A stretch of DNA of 34,606 nt from a bacterium (GCA_024225875.1 JAAEMD010000027.1:1-34606); one strand, 5' to 3'. Numbered from the stretch's first letter, positions 25,111-33,683 are shown. Notes: generated by a model from the sequence alone, not told the origin. Translations and numbers: made by a program.

Positions 25111-25994
25111 TTCAAACCTCCTGCATCAACACCGGCAAGCTCTAAAACCCTTTCTGCACGAGCAACAACAGGTGCATCAACCATTTTTCCATTAATAGCA
25201 AAAACTCCCACACCTTCTTTTTGAGCTTTGATATTTGCCTCAACAATTATTTTTGCTTTTTCAATAGCATCATCTGATGGCATATATACGTCATGTACAG
25301 GTTTAATCTGTCTCGGATTAATAACAGCTTTACCATCAAAACCAATTGTTTTGATCATTTCTGTTTCTTTTATAAGACCTTCTTCATCATCAACATCGGC
25401 ATAGACCGTATCAATAGCTGCGATTCCCGCGGCCTTGGCTGCCATTACAATTCTCTGTCTGGCATACGCTATTTCTTCTCCTGTATCAGTTTTAACAACC
25501 TGCATATCAGCGGTTAAATCCTGAGCCCCAATAGTTAAAGCTGTAATTCTCTGTGAACAAGTTGCTATAGAAAAAGCATTTTCTACGCCAACAGCAGTCT
25601 CAATCATAGCGTGTATCATTGTTGAACCAGCTTTTATACCATTCTCCTTCTCAATCCTGGTAATTATCTCATCAGCTTTTTTAATATCATTTTCTGTATT
25701 AATTTTAGGTATCCTGACTGCATCCGGTTTCTGAGGAACAATAGCCTCCATATCATCTATTGCATAGTCTGTATCCATGCCATTGATTCTTACTGTAACT
25801 TCAACATCCCCAAAGTCGATAAAATCAAGCATATTTCTAACTAAAACCCTGGCATCTTCTTTTCTATTAACAGCTACCGCATCTTCAAGGTCCAGCAGTA
25901 TTGAATCTGCACCATAGACAGCTCCATTCTGAACCATAGCAGGGTTATTTCCAGGAATATAAAGCATAGTTCGTTTTAATTTACCTTTTGCCAT
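25107..25994 (-). CDS. citE: Citrate lyase beta subunit (citryl-CoA lyase) CitE
   Basis: RTMLYIPGNNP...DSILLDLEDAV is a HpcH/CitE signature. The start is moved to ATG 25994 (TAATG overlap with the citD stop, AAGGAG upstream) instead of the track start 26012. Confidence 0.9.
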   Translation of the reverse strand: MAKGKLKRTMLYIPGNNPAMVQNGAVYGADSILLDLEDAVAVNRKEDARVLVRNMLDFIDFGDVEVTVRINGMDTDYAIDDMEAIVPQKPDAVRIPKINTENDIKKADEIITRIEKENGIKAGSTMIHAMIETAVGVENAFSIATCSQRITALTIGAQDLTADMQVVKTDTGEEIAYARQRIVMAAKAAGIAAIDTVYADVDDEEGLIKETEMIKTIGFDGKAVINPRQIKPVHDVYMPSDDAIEKAKIIVEANIKAQKEGVGVFAINGKMVDAPVVARAERVLELAGVDAGGLK

Positions 25995-26272
25995 TAATTC
26001 TCTCCTTTCCAAGATTTAAGAATTGCAGACTCCGCTCTAGCTTTAATTGTTGGAGTTAAAGCCCCTCTATCATTTATTTTTAAATGAACATCTTCTATCT
26101 TATGTTTATCTAAAACTTCTATGATATCTTTTTTTATCGAGTCGCCATATTCATTTAAAACCATTGACTCAAGCTCTATTTTTCTTCCAACCCCACTTTT
26201 CACAGGATCCACAACAACAATAAGATCACAAGATTCTAATGAACCCGACTGAGCTGTTGTTTTTAATTTCAT
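25994..26272 (-). CDS. citD: Citrate lyase acyl carrier protein (gamma subunit) CitD
   Basis: 92 aa. SGSLESCDLIVVV contains the conserved prosthetic-group serine context (G.LES.D). Confidence 0.85.
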   Translation of the reverse strand: MKLKTTAQSGSLESCDLIVVVDPVKSGVGRKIELESMVLNEYGDSIKKDIIEVLDKHKIEDVHLKINDRGALTPTIKARAESAILKSWKGEN

Positions 26273-26315
26273 AGTTTACCTCGCCTGTCTTTTTTATTCT
26301 TTACTAAACATAAAA

Positions 26316-26354
26316 GAACTCCCTCTGGCATATTTATAATACTAAAGGGAGTTC
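26316..26354 (-). terminator. Hairpin between acn and citD (possible weak terminator or attenuator)
   Basis: Perfect 9-bp stem GAACTCCCT/AGGGAGTTC with a 21-nt loop. On the minus strand it is followed by TTTTATGTT. The large loop and short T-run make it weak. Confidence 0.35.
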
Positions 26355-26410
26355 CATACAAACTATTTTTTTTATACCGCTTGTGTAACGCTTAACTTTA
26401 TCTATAGCTT

Positions 26411-28339
26411 TTAAGCTGTAACAGTCTGCTTTTTTACATAACCCAAAGCCCCACCAGCCAGTACTATTTCAATTTCACGCTGAGATAGTGGATGGTCTGC
26501 TTTAAAAGAGCTGCCTTTGGTTTGATTAGTTACAGTAACTTGACCTGATTCAATATCAGACAAATCAACTGCAAGCTTATCATCCTGGTCTATTGAATCA
26601 TAATCAGCTGGATTTACAAAAGTAAGAGGCAGGATTCCAAAGTTAACAAGGTTTGCCAAATGAATTCTGGCAAAGCTCTTAACTAATTTTGCTCTCACAC
26701 CCAGATACATTGGAGCTAATGCAGCATGCTCTCTACTGGATCCCTGTCCATAGTTTTCTCCACCAATAATAATTCCAGTTCCAGCAGCTTTTGCTCTTTC
26801 AGGAAATGCAGGATCAATAACTTCAAAAACATGCTTGGAAATTTCCGGAACATTTGATCTTAACGGCAGTATCTTTGCCCCGGCAGGCATTATATGGTCA
26901 GTAGTAATATCATCTTCTACCTTAAGTACTACTGTACCTTCAATTTTGCCGCTGATACCTTCGTTAAGTGGCAGTGGCTTAATATTAGGACCTCGTTTAA
27001 TTTCAACATTACTTCCATCTTCATCAGGCGCTAATATTAAAGAATCATCAATAGTAAAAGTAGTATTTACATCGTAAACAGGAGTATCCAGACCTAAATC
27101 TCTAGGGTCCGTAATTTTTCCTTCAAGGGCAGCCGCGACTGCAACTTCAGGAGAACACAGGTACGCCTGAGCACTTTTGGTACCAGTTCTACCTAAAAAG
27201 TTTCTATTAAAAGTTCTCAATGTTACGGCATCCGTTCCAGGAGAAAAGCCCATGCCTATACATGCTCCACAAGAAGTCTCAAGAATTCTCACGCCAGCAT
27301 CAAGTATACTATCTAACTCACCTGTTTGAACCAGTTTTCTTAACACCTGTTTTGAACCTGGAAGAAGACCCATAGAAATATTTTCATGAACCTTTTTTCC
27401 TTTTAACATCTGTGCAAGAGTAGAGATATCTTTATAACTTGAGTTAGTACATGATCCTACTACTACCTGATTAACTTCTTTTCCTTCTATCTCTTTTACT
27501 TTAACAACCTGATCCGGCATATGAGGTTGAGCAATCATTGTATCAAGTGTAGAAAGATCGATTTCAATAAGATCATCATATACAGCGTCACTGTCTGCCT
27601 GTACTGCAACCCACTGCTCATCTCTTTCCTGGATTGCCATAAACTGCCTGGTGATTTCATCAGAAGGGAATATTGAAGTCGTTGCCCCGATCTCAGCACC
27701 CATATTAGTAATAGTCGCTCTTTCAGGAACAGTTAAGGTTTCAATACCAGGACCTGTGAACTCCATAACTTTACCTACGCCACCTTTAACAGTTACACGA
27801 CGTAATAACTCTAGAATAACATCCTTTGCGCTGACAAAAGGTTTTAGACTGCCTGTTAATCTAACTTCTACTACTTTAGGCATATTTAAGTAAAAAGGCT
27901 GACCAGCCATTGATAGTGCAGCATCCAGTCCTCCAACACCCATAGCAAGCATACCTAATCCGCCACCAGTTGGAGTATGGGAATCTGAACCAACAAGTGT
28001 TTTACCAGGAATACCAAATCTTTCCAGATGAACCTGATGGCAAATTCCATTTCCTGGTTTTGAAAGATAAATACCATGCTTCTTTGCTATACTCTGAAGA
28101 AATGCATGGTCATCTGCATTCATAAATCCATTCTGCAGCATATTGTGATCAATATATGATACAGACAATTCCGTTTGAACTTTTTGAACTCCAAGAGCTT
28201 CAAACTGAAGGTATGCCATAGTTCCTGTAGCATCCTGTGTCAATGTTTGATCTATTTTTATAGCGATTTTCTCGCCTGCTTTCATCTCTCCACTTATGAG
28301 ATGGTTTTTGATGATTTTTTGAGTTATATTCATTCCCAC
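26411..28339 (-). CDS. acn: Aconitate hydratase (about 640-aa aconitase family protein with fused swivel domain)
   Basis: The N-terminal IDQTLTQDATG, the GSDSHT and Cys-ligand contexts (VGSCTNSS, SCGACIGMG), and the C-terminal swivel motif GENYGQGSSREHAA are aconitase/IPM-isomerase family hallmarks. Confidence 0.85.
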   Translation of the reverse strand: MGMNITQKIIKNHLISGEMKAGEKIAIKIDQTLTQDATGTMAYLQFEALGVQKVQTELSVSYIDHNMLQNGFMNADDHAFLQSIAKKHGIYLSKPGNGICHQVHLERFGIPGKTLVGSDSHTPTGGGLGMLAMGVGGLDAALSMAGQPFYLNMPKVVEVRLTGSLKPFVSAKDVILELLRRVTVKGGVGKVMEFTGPGIETLTVPERATITNMGAEIGATTSIFPSDEITRQFMAIQERDEQWVAVQADSDAVYDDLIEIDLSTLDTMIAQPHMPDQVVKVKEIEGKEVNQVVVGSCTNSSYKDISTLAQMLKGKKVHENISMGLLPGSKQVLRKLVQTGELDSILDAGVRILETSCGACIGMGFSPGTDAVTLRTFNRNFLGRTGTKSAQAYLCSPEVAVAAALEGKITDPRDLGLDTPVYDVNTTFTIDDSLILAPDEDGSNVEIKRGPNIKPLPLNEGISGKIEGTVVLKVEDDITTDHIMPAGAKILPLRSNVPEISKHVFEVIDPAFPERAKAAGTGIIIGGENYGQGSSREHAALAPMYLGVRAKLVKSFARIHLANLVNFGILPLTFVNPADYDSIDQDDKLAVDLSDIESGQVTVTNQTKGSSFKADHPLSQREIEIVLAGGALGYVKKQTVTA

Positions 28340-28444
28340 TTTTAAACGCCTTTCTTTGATAAATTTTCCAAATATATATCAATGGAATTAAAAAATAAAA
28401 AAATCCGTTTTAATCCCCCATAAAGCCTCCTTTTTACAAGTATC

Positions 28445-28592
28445 TAGCTGGTACAAATTGAACTGTCCGTTTAAATGGCTGAGTGCAGTGTACTTGCGTA
28501 CATAAACGAAGTCATTTGAAAACTTCAGTGTCGGACATTTTACTAGTGTCGGACATTTTACTAGTGTCGGACATTTTACTTTGGATCAGCTA
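28445..28592 (+). repeat. Family-A palindromic MITE-like repeat, copy 3a (148 bp, expanded right arm)
   Basis: Full left arm and core, plus three tandem 18-nt units before the terminal TTGGATCAGCTA. TA follows the right end. Confidence 0.9.
28527..28580 (+). repeat. 3 x 18-nt perfect tandem repeat AGTGTCGGACATTTTACT inside copy 3a
   Basis: Units at 28527-28544, 28545-28562 and 28563-28580 are identical. The other family-A copies carry one unit, or a different 11-nt duplication in copy 4. Confidence 0.9.
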
Positions 28593-28755
28593 TATTTTAT
28601 TAATATTAAAGCTATTTAGTATATCCAGGATATCCTGTTTTGAAAACATTTGAACATATTCAAAATCCCTGATCTATTGTAAAAAAAACTTAATTCAGCT
28701 GGTTTTTTGTAAATTTAATATCTTCTTTTACAATCAATACAACATTTCACTAATA

Positions 28756-28867
28756 TAGCTGGTACAAATTGAACTGTCCGTTTAAATACCTGAGTGCTGT
28801 GTACTGGCGTACATTAACGAAGTCATTTGAAAACTTCAGTGTCGGACAGTTTACTCTGGATCAGCTA
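28756..28867 (+). repeat. Family-A palindromic MITE-like repeat, copy 3b (112 bp)
   Basis: TAGCTGGTACAAATTGAACTGTCCG...CTCTGGATCAGCTA. TA precedes it, and it abuts copy 3c directly. Confidence 0.9.
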
Positions 28868-28979
28868 TAGCTGGTACAAATTGAACTGTACGTTTAAATG
28901 CCTGAGTGCAGTGTACTTGCGTACATTAACGAAGTCATTTGAAAACTTCAGTGTCGGACAGTTTACTTTGGATCAGCTA
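28868..28979 (+). repeat. Family-A palindromic MITE-like repeat, copy 3c (112 bp)
   Basis: It lies head-to-tail with copy 3b (…CAGCTA|TAGCTGG…), and TA follows it. Confidence 0.9.
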
Positions 28980-29085
28980 TATATATACCTGTAAATATTG
29001 CTTAACCTATAATAGCGTAGTATGATTTTAAGCTTTCTTTTAACTATTTCGTATAAAAGAATATAAAACTCGGAGGTGTCGTAAA

Positions 29086-30075
29086 TTGTCACTAATAAAA
29101 AAATTCTGGAAAACAGCTGGATCCAGAGAGAAAACAATTGTTCTTCCTGAAGGCAGTGATGAAAGAACTATTGATGCAGCTAACGAAATAACAAAAAATA
29201 AAATTGCAAAAGTTATAATTCTGGGTAATATTGAAAAAATAAAAAAATCTTTTGAAAATAAAGGCTACTTAATACACTGTGAAATTATAGATCCTGAAAA
29301 AAGTTCCCACTATAAAGAATTTTATGAAACTTATTACGAGATGAGAAAAGCCCGGGGAATGACTCTGGAAGAAGCAAAAGAAATTATGAGAGACCCTTTG
29401 TACTTTGGATCTATGCTGGTAAATAAAGGTGTTGCTGATGGTGCTGTTGCAGGTGCTGAAAATACAACTGGAGATGTCCTGCGTGCAGCTATCAGAATCA
29501 TCGGCACTAAACCTGAGATGAAAACTGTATCCAGTTGCTTTATAATGGAAACTAACAATAAAAAATTAGGTAAAGACGGGGCACTGATATTTGCAGATTG
29601 TGCAGTAAATCCAAATCCTGACCCTGCTAAACTGGCAGATATCGCACTGGCCTCTGCTGAAAGCTGTAAAACATTCCTTGAAGTTGACCCCTCAGTAGCA
29701 CTTCTTTCTTTTTCAACTAAAGGAAGTGCCAGACATGAAGATATCAATAAAGTACAGGCAGCTTACAGGCTCTTAAAAGAAAATCACCCTGATCTTAATG
29801 TTGACGGAGAACTACAGGCAGACGCAGCACTGATAGAGTCAGCAGGATCAAAAAAAGCTCCAGACAGCCCTGTAGCAGGAAAAGCAAATGTCCTGATATT
29901 TCCTAACCTCGATTCTGGAAACATTGGATATAAATTAGTAGAAAGAATTGCTGGTGCCGAAGCAATCGGCCCAATAATCCAGGGGCTTGCAAAACCTGTC
30001 AATGATCTATCAAGAGGCTGCAAATATATGGATATTGTAAACGTTGCAGCTATAACTGCCGTACAGGCTCAATAA
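29086..30075 (+). CDS. pta: Phosphate acetyltransferase Pta (short form)
   Basis: [36 protein letters not shown] and [18 protein letters not shown] are Pta/PTA_PTB hallmarks. TTG start with GGAGG 9 nt upstream. Confidence 0.9.
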   Translation: MSLIKKFWKTAGSREKTIVLPEGSDERTIDAANEITKNKIAKVIILGNIEKIKKSFENKGYLIHCEIIDPEKSSHYKEFYETYYEMRKARGMTLEEAKEIMRDPLYFGSMLVNKGVADGAVAGAENTTGDVLRAAIRIIGTKPEMKTVSSCFIMETNNKKLGKDGALIFADCAVNPNPDPAKLADIALASAESCKTFLEVDPSVALLSFSTKGSARHEDINKVQAAYRLLKENHPDLNVDGELQADAALIESAGSKKAPDSPVAGKANVLIFPNLDSGNIGYKLVERIAGAEAIGPIIQGLAKPVNDLSRGCKYMDIVNVAAITAVQAQ

Positions 30076-30106
30076 CATAAATACTATATAAAACCAGGAG
30101 GTCATA

Positions 30107-31357
30107 ATGAAAATATTAGCATTAAACTGCGGGAGTTCTTCCGTGAAATACCAGTTATTTGACTGGGATAAAATGATAGTAATAGCCAAGGGAATTATAG
30201 AAAGAATTGGTATTGGAGAATCGTTCATAGTACATCAGACCCCGCAAAATAACGGAAAGTTCAAACAGGAGCATGAGTGTCCTGATCATGAGGCAGCAAT
30301 TCATCTAATAATAAAAACTCTAACTAACGGTGATACATCTGTATTAAAAAACATTCAGGAAATCAGTGCCGTTGGTCATCGTGTTGTTCATGGTGGAGAA
30401 AAATTTACACATAGCGAACTTATCAATGATGATGTGATAAAAACCATAGAAGAGGTATCTGATCTGGCGCCTCTGCATAATCCAGCAAACTTAACAGGAA
30501 TTAGAGCTGCGCAGCATACTCTGCCTAATTCTCCACATATAGCTGTTTTTGACACAGCATTTCACCAGAGTATGCCAAAACATGCTTATCTTTATCCTTT
30601 ACCATATGACTGGTATAAAGATCATTCGATAAGGCGCTACGGATTTCATGGCACCAGTCATTTATATGTGTCTAAAAGAGCGGCCGCTCTTTTAGGAAAA
30701 GATGCTAATAAATGTAATATAATCACTCTTCACATCGGTAATGGTGTTTCCTGCTGTGCTGTTAAAAATGGCAAATCTATTGATACATCAATGGGACTAA
30801 CTCCTCTGGAAGGTGCTGTAATGGGAACTCGCTGTGGTGATATAGACCCTGCAATACCTTTATTTATGCAGGAAAAGCTCAATATCAGTACACAAGATAT
30901 GAATAATATTTTAAATAAGAAATCCGGAGTACTTGGAATTACACGAAAATTTGCCGATAGAAGAGACATAGAAGATGGCGCTAAAGAAGGCGATAGCAAG
31001 TGCAGTCTGGCTATAGATATTGAGTCTTATAGATTAAGAAAATATATTGGTGCTTACACAGCTGTACTGGGAAGAGTCGATGCTATTGTTTTTACTGCAG
31101 GAGTTGGGGAAAACGGACCTATTATAAGGAAAAAAACTCTTCAAGACCTTGAAGATATAGGAATTGTTATTGATTATGACATAAATGGAAAAACATACAG
31201 CAAAAATGGAGAAACAGAACTATCTAAACCAGAATCAAAGATAAAAGTATTTATGATACCTACTAATGAAGAACTGGTTTTTGTTGAAGATGTAGTAGCA
31301 ATACTTCAAAATAAATATGAAGATCATACACAGTATAAATACAGTTTTTTAAAATAA
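30107..31357 (+). CDS. ackA: Acetate kinase AckA
   Basis: MKILALNCGSSSVKYQLFD, VGHRVVHGG, RYGFHGTSH and FTAGVGEN motifs. AGGAGG upstream. Confidence 0.95.
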   Translation: MKILALNCGSSSVKYQLFDWDKMIVIAKGIIERIGIGESFIVHQTPQNNGKFKQEHECPDHEAAIHLIIKTLTNGDTSVLKNIQEISAVGHRVVHGGEKFTHSELINDDVIKTIEEVSDLAPLHNPANLTGIRAAQHTLPNSPHIAVFDTAFHQSMPKHAYLYPLPYDWYKDHSIRRYGFHGTSHLYVSKRAAALLGKDANKCNIITLHIGNGVSCCAVKNGKSIDTSMGLTPLEGAVMGTRCGDIDPAIPLFMQEKLNISTQDMNNILNKKSGVLGITRKFADRRDIEDGAKEGDSKCSLAIDIESYRLRKYIGAYTAVLGRVDAIVFTAGVGENGPIIRKKTLQDLEDIGIVIDYDINGKTYSKNGETELSKPESKIKVFMIPTNEELVFVEDVVAILQNKYEDHTQYKYSFLK

Positions 31358-31363
31358 CTAAAC

Positions 31364-31396
31364 AAGGGCTGTCTATTTTCACATCTGACAGCCCTT
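31364..31396 (+). terminator. Hairpin downstream of ackA (candidate intrinsic terminator)
   Basis: 10-bp stem AAGGGCTGTC/GACAGCCCTT with a 13-nt loop, followed by TATTCATC. The T-tail is weak. Confidence 0.45.
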
Positions 31397-31418
31397 TATT
31401 CATCAAAAACAAGGATAT

Positions 31419-31542
31419 TAGCTGGTACAAATTGAACTGTCCGTTTAAATGGCTGAGCGCATGTGTACTGGCGTACATTAACGAAGTCATTTGAAAACTT
31501 ATGTGTCGGACATGTGTCGGACAGTTTATTTTGGAACAGCTA
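31419..31542 (+). repeat. Family-A palindromic MITE-like repeat, copy 4 (124 bp)
   Basis: The left arm is identical to copy 3a. The right arm carries a TGTGTCGGACA duplication. The terminal sequence is TTGGAACAGCTA followed by TA. Confidence 0.9.
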
Positions 31543-31655
31543 TATACATTAATCATCCTGGACAATCTGAAGAGGAAATAAGGACTGAAGTATATTATTA
31601 TAAATAGTCTGCTGGTAAACACTCCCCTGTTCTTCAGCCCCTGTAAATTATGATA

Positions 31656-31687
31656 CAAAAAAAGCCCGAAAGAATCGGGCTTTTTTC
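31656..31687. terminator. Bidirectional rho-independent terminator (serves actP, possibly also the ackA side)
   Basis: AAAAAAAGCCCGAaagaaTCGGGCTTTTTT. A GC stem of 6 bp is flanked by an A-run and a T-run. It lies 35 nt downstream of the actP stop on the minus strand. Confidence 0.75.
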
Positions 31688-31721
31688 TTAAGTACCTGTA
31701 TTACAGGTCTATTTTTTAATT

Positions 31722-33662
31722 CTATGCTTTTACTGCTTCTTTTTTCTTTTGCGTTAACAATGAGATAACTACCAGTGTAATAAATGCCAGCGGGATCGAA
31801 ATAATCCCGGGATTATTCAAAGTAATAGGAGCCTGAGCAGGAAGCAGACCATATCTAACATACATATCAGGAGAAATAAGAATAAGCCCTAACGAAGACA
31901 CAATACCTACAATTATTGAGCCGGTAACACCTTCCTGAGTTGTCTTCTTCCAGAAGAGAACCATTATAATAGACGGCAAATTAGCGGATGCTGCTACAGC
32001 AAAGGCCCATCCAACTAAAAATGAAACATTCATTCCTTCAAAAATAATCCCCAGATACATAGCCAGGCAGCCAACAACCACCGCAGTTATTTTACCGACC
32101 ATAACTTTTTGCTTATCTGTCATCTTAATTCTAAAAAGCACATCAAAAATATCGTGAGCCACTGCACCTGTTGCCGCAACAATTAAGCCACTTACTGTTC
32201 CCAGAACTGTTGCAAAAGCTATAGCCGAAATAATTGAAAATAATGCTATACCAAACGATTTAGCAAGAAGAGGACCTGCCATATTATTGTCTGTAATATT
32301 TAAAACACCATTTACCATAGCACCTAAGCCCATATAAAGAGTCAGAATATAAAAGAAACCAATAGCAGCAATAGCAACAATTGTTGACTTACGAGCACAC
32401 TGAGGGCTTTTAACTGTATAGTATCTGATTAAGATATGAGGTAAAGCCGCTGTCCCGCAGAATAAAGCCAGCATCAAAGAAATAAAATTAAGCTTTTCCA
32501 TAGGGGTGGCATTATCCACTTTGAACTTTAATCCTGGACGCAGCAGTCTATTTCCTCTGGTTGGCTTCTGATAATAAACTGCAACCTTACTATCTCCATC
32601 CTTAATTATTTTTTTACCCCATAAGATAACTATGCTGTCTTTTAATCTCTCTAAGTAAGAGACAGGCCCTAAAGCACCGGTTTTTTTTACATAGTCACCT
32701 TTTTCACCTTTAATAAGTCCTATGTGTCCAACAGGATAAAACCTGCCCTCTTTAGGCAGCGCACCATTGTATAGTTTTGTTCCATCATTTAAAGTAGTTA
32801 CCCATAATGTTTCCTCTAAAACTAATACCCCGCCTTTGCCCTGCCGGACAGACCAGATAGATTCCTGGTTATCTTTTACATTAACCAGCTCTATAAAACC
32901 TTTTTTGACATAGGGCGAACTCTGCCAGTCTTCTTTTGTTTTATACTCTTTATTAGATAAAGCTATTTTACCTTCTTTTGTAATCATTGCCTGAATAAAT
33001 TTAAACTTATGATAAGGTTTTTCAGTATTATAATCAGAGTTTATATGCAGACCTCTATAAAATAGACTGATAACCAGTATTGTAGAAAATATGATTAGTA
33101 AAGCTCCTTTTAAAAACTGTACATAGGTTGTTGATGTCATACCTGCTGTAGCAACAATAAAAATAACAATGGCACCAACCATTACTACTCCGACACTATG
33201 AGGCAAACCCAGCAAAGGTTTTACCAGGACTCCAGCCCCCACCATCTGAGGTATTAAATAAAACATTGAAACTACCAGTGTACTAATAGCAGCCATTGCA
33301 CGAATACCTTTGGAGTTAAACCTCACATCTAATGCATCACTGAATGTATACTTACCTAAACGCTTCATAGGCTCTGCAACAACAAACAAAGCTACAATCC
33401 AGCCTGCTAAATAACCTATTGAATACAAAAAACCATCATAACCCTTAGTCGCTATCATACCGCAAATGCCAAGAAATGAAGCTGCAGAAAGATAGTCTCC
33501 AGCAAAAGCAATCCCATTCACTGACCAGTGAATAGTACCTCCTGCTGCAAAATAACCACTTGCACTACTTGTTTTCCTTGCAAAATAAAACGATATACAT
33601 AAGACAAATAGTACAAATGCTACAAATATTACTATTGCCATAGCTGACTGACTATAAACCAT
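31722..33662 (-). CDS. actP: Cation/acetate symporter ActP-like (SSF family) with a large hydrophilic loop insertion
   Basis: N-terminal FARKTSSASGYFAAGG and central FCGTAALPHILIRYYTV...ARKS resemble ActP (MFGTAGLPHILMRFFTV..AR.S). It is preceded by a DUF485 gene, as in yjcH-actP. Confidence 0.8.
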   Translation of the reverse strand: MVYSQSAMAIVIFVAFVLFVLCISFYFARKTSSASGYFAAGGTIHWSVNGIAFAGDYLSAASFLGICGMIATKGYDGFLYSIGYLAGWIVALFVVAEPMKRLGKYTFSDALDVRFNSKGIRAMAAISTLVVSMFYLIPQMVGAGVLVKPLLGLPHSVGVVMVGAIVIFIVATAGMTSTTYVQFLKGALLIIFSTILVISLFYRGLHINSDYNTEKPYHKFKFIQAMITKEGKIALSNKEYKTKEDWQSSPYVKKGFIELVNVKDNQESIWSVRQGKGGVLVLEETLWVTTLNDGTKLYNGALPKEGRFYPVGHIGLIKGEKGDYVKKTGALGPVSYLERLKDSIVILWGKKIIKDGDSKVAVYYQKPTRGNRLLRPGLKFKVDNATPMEKLNFISLMLALFCGTAALPHILIRYYTVKSPQCARKSTIVAIAAIGFFYILTLYMGLGAMVNGVLNITDNNMAGPLLAKSFGIALFSIISAIAFATVLGTVSGLIVAATGAVAHDIFDVLFRIKMTDKQKVMVGKITAVVVGCLAMYLGIIFEGMNVSFLVGWAFAVAASANLPSIIMVLFWKKTTQEGVTGSIIVGIVSSLGLILISPDMYVRYGLLPAQAPITLNNPGIISIPLAFITLVVISLLTQKKKEAVKA

Positions 33663-33683
33663 TACTTTTCCTCCTTTAAATTT

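Noticed and set aside
28410-28431. Strong AGGAGG followed by a 3-codon mini-ORF (ATG GGG GAT TAA) on the minus strand upstream of acn
   Set aside because: It is too short to evaluate, and the SD-ATG spacing is only 4 nt. It may be a remnant or chance. I see no attenuator-like alternative hairpins around it.
28445-28592. Integron attC site (imperfect palindrome of about the right length)
   Set aside because: The termini are TAGCTGG/CCAGCTA-like, not the RYYYAAC...GTTRRRY core sites. No intI or cassette-like promoterless ORFs are adjacent.
28593-28755. Short palindromes CAGGATATCCTG and TTGAACATATTCAA between repeat copies 3a and 3b as operator sites
   Set aside because: Each occurs only once, the second is imperfect, and their positions relative to any mapped promoter are unknown. 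The evidence is insufficient to call them regulatory sites.
28445-28979. Possible CRISPR array (regularly repeated sequence in an intergenic region)
   Set aside because: The repeat units are 112-148 bp and internally palindromic. Two copies abut with no spacer, and the only spacer is 163 bp. Copies are dispersed across the window, and no cas genes are present. The pattern fits a MITE/REP-type repeat, not CRISPR.
31263-31658. 131-aa minus-strand ORF from the track
   Set aside because: It overlaps the 3' end of ackA, the ackA terminator hairpin and the whole family-A repeat copy 4. It has no SD and no recognisable motif. It is most likely spurious.
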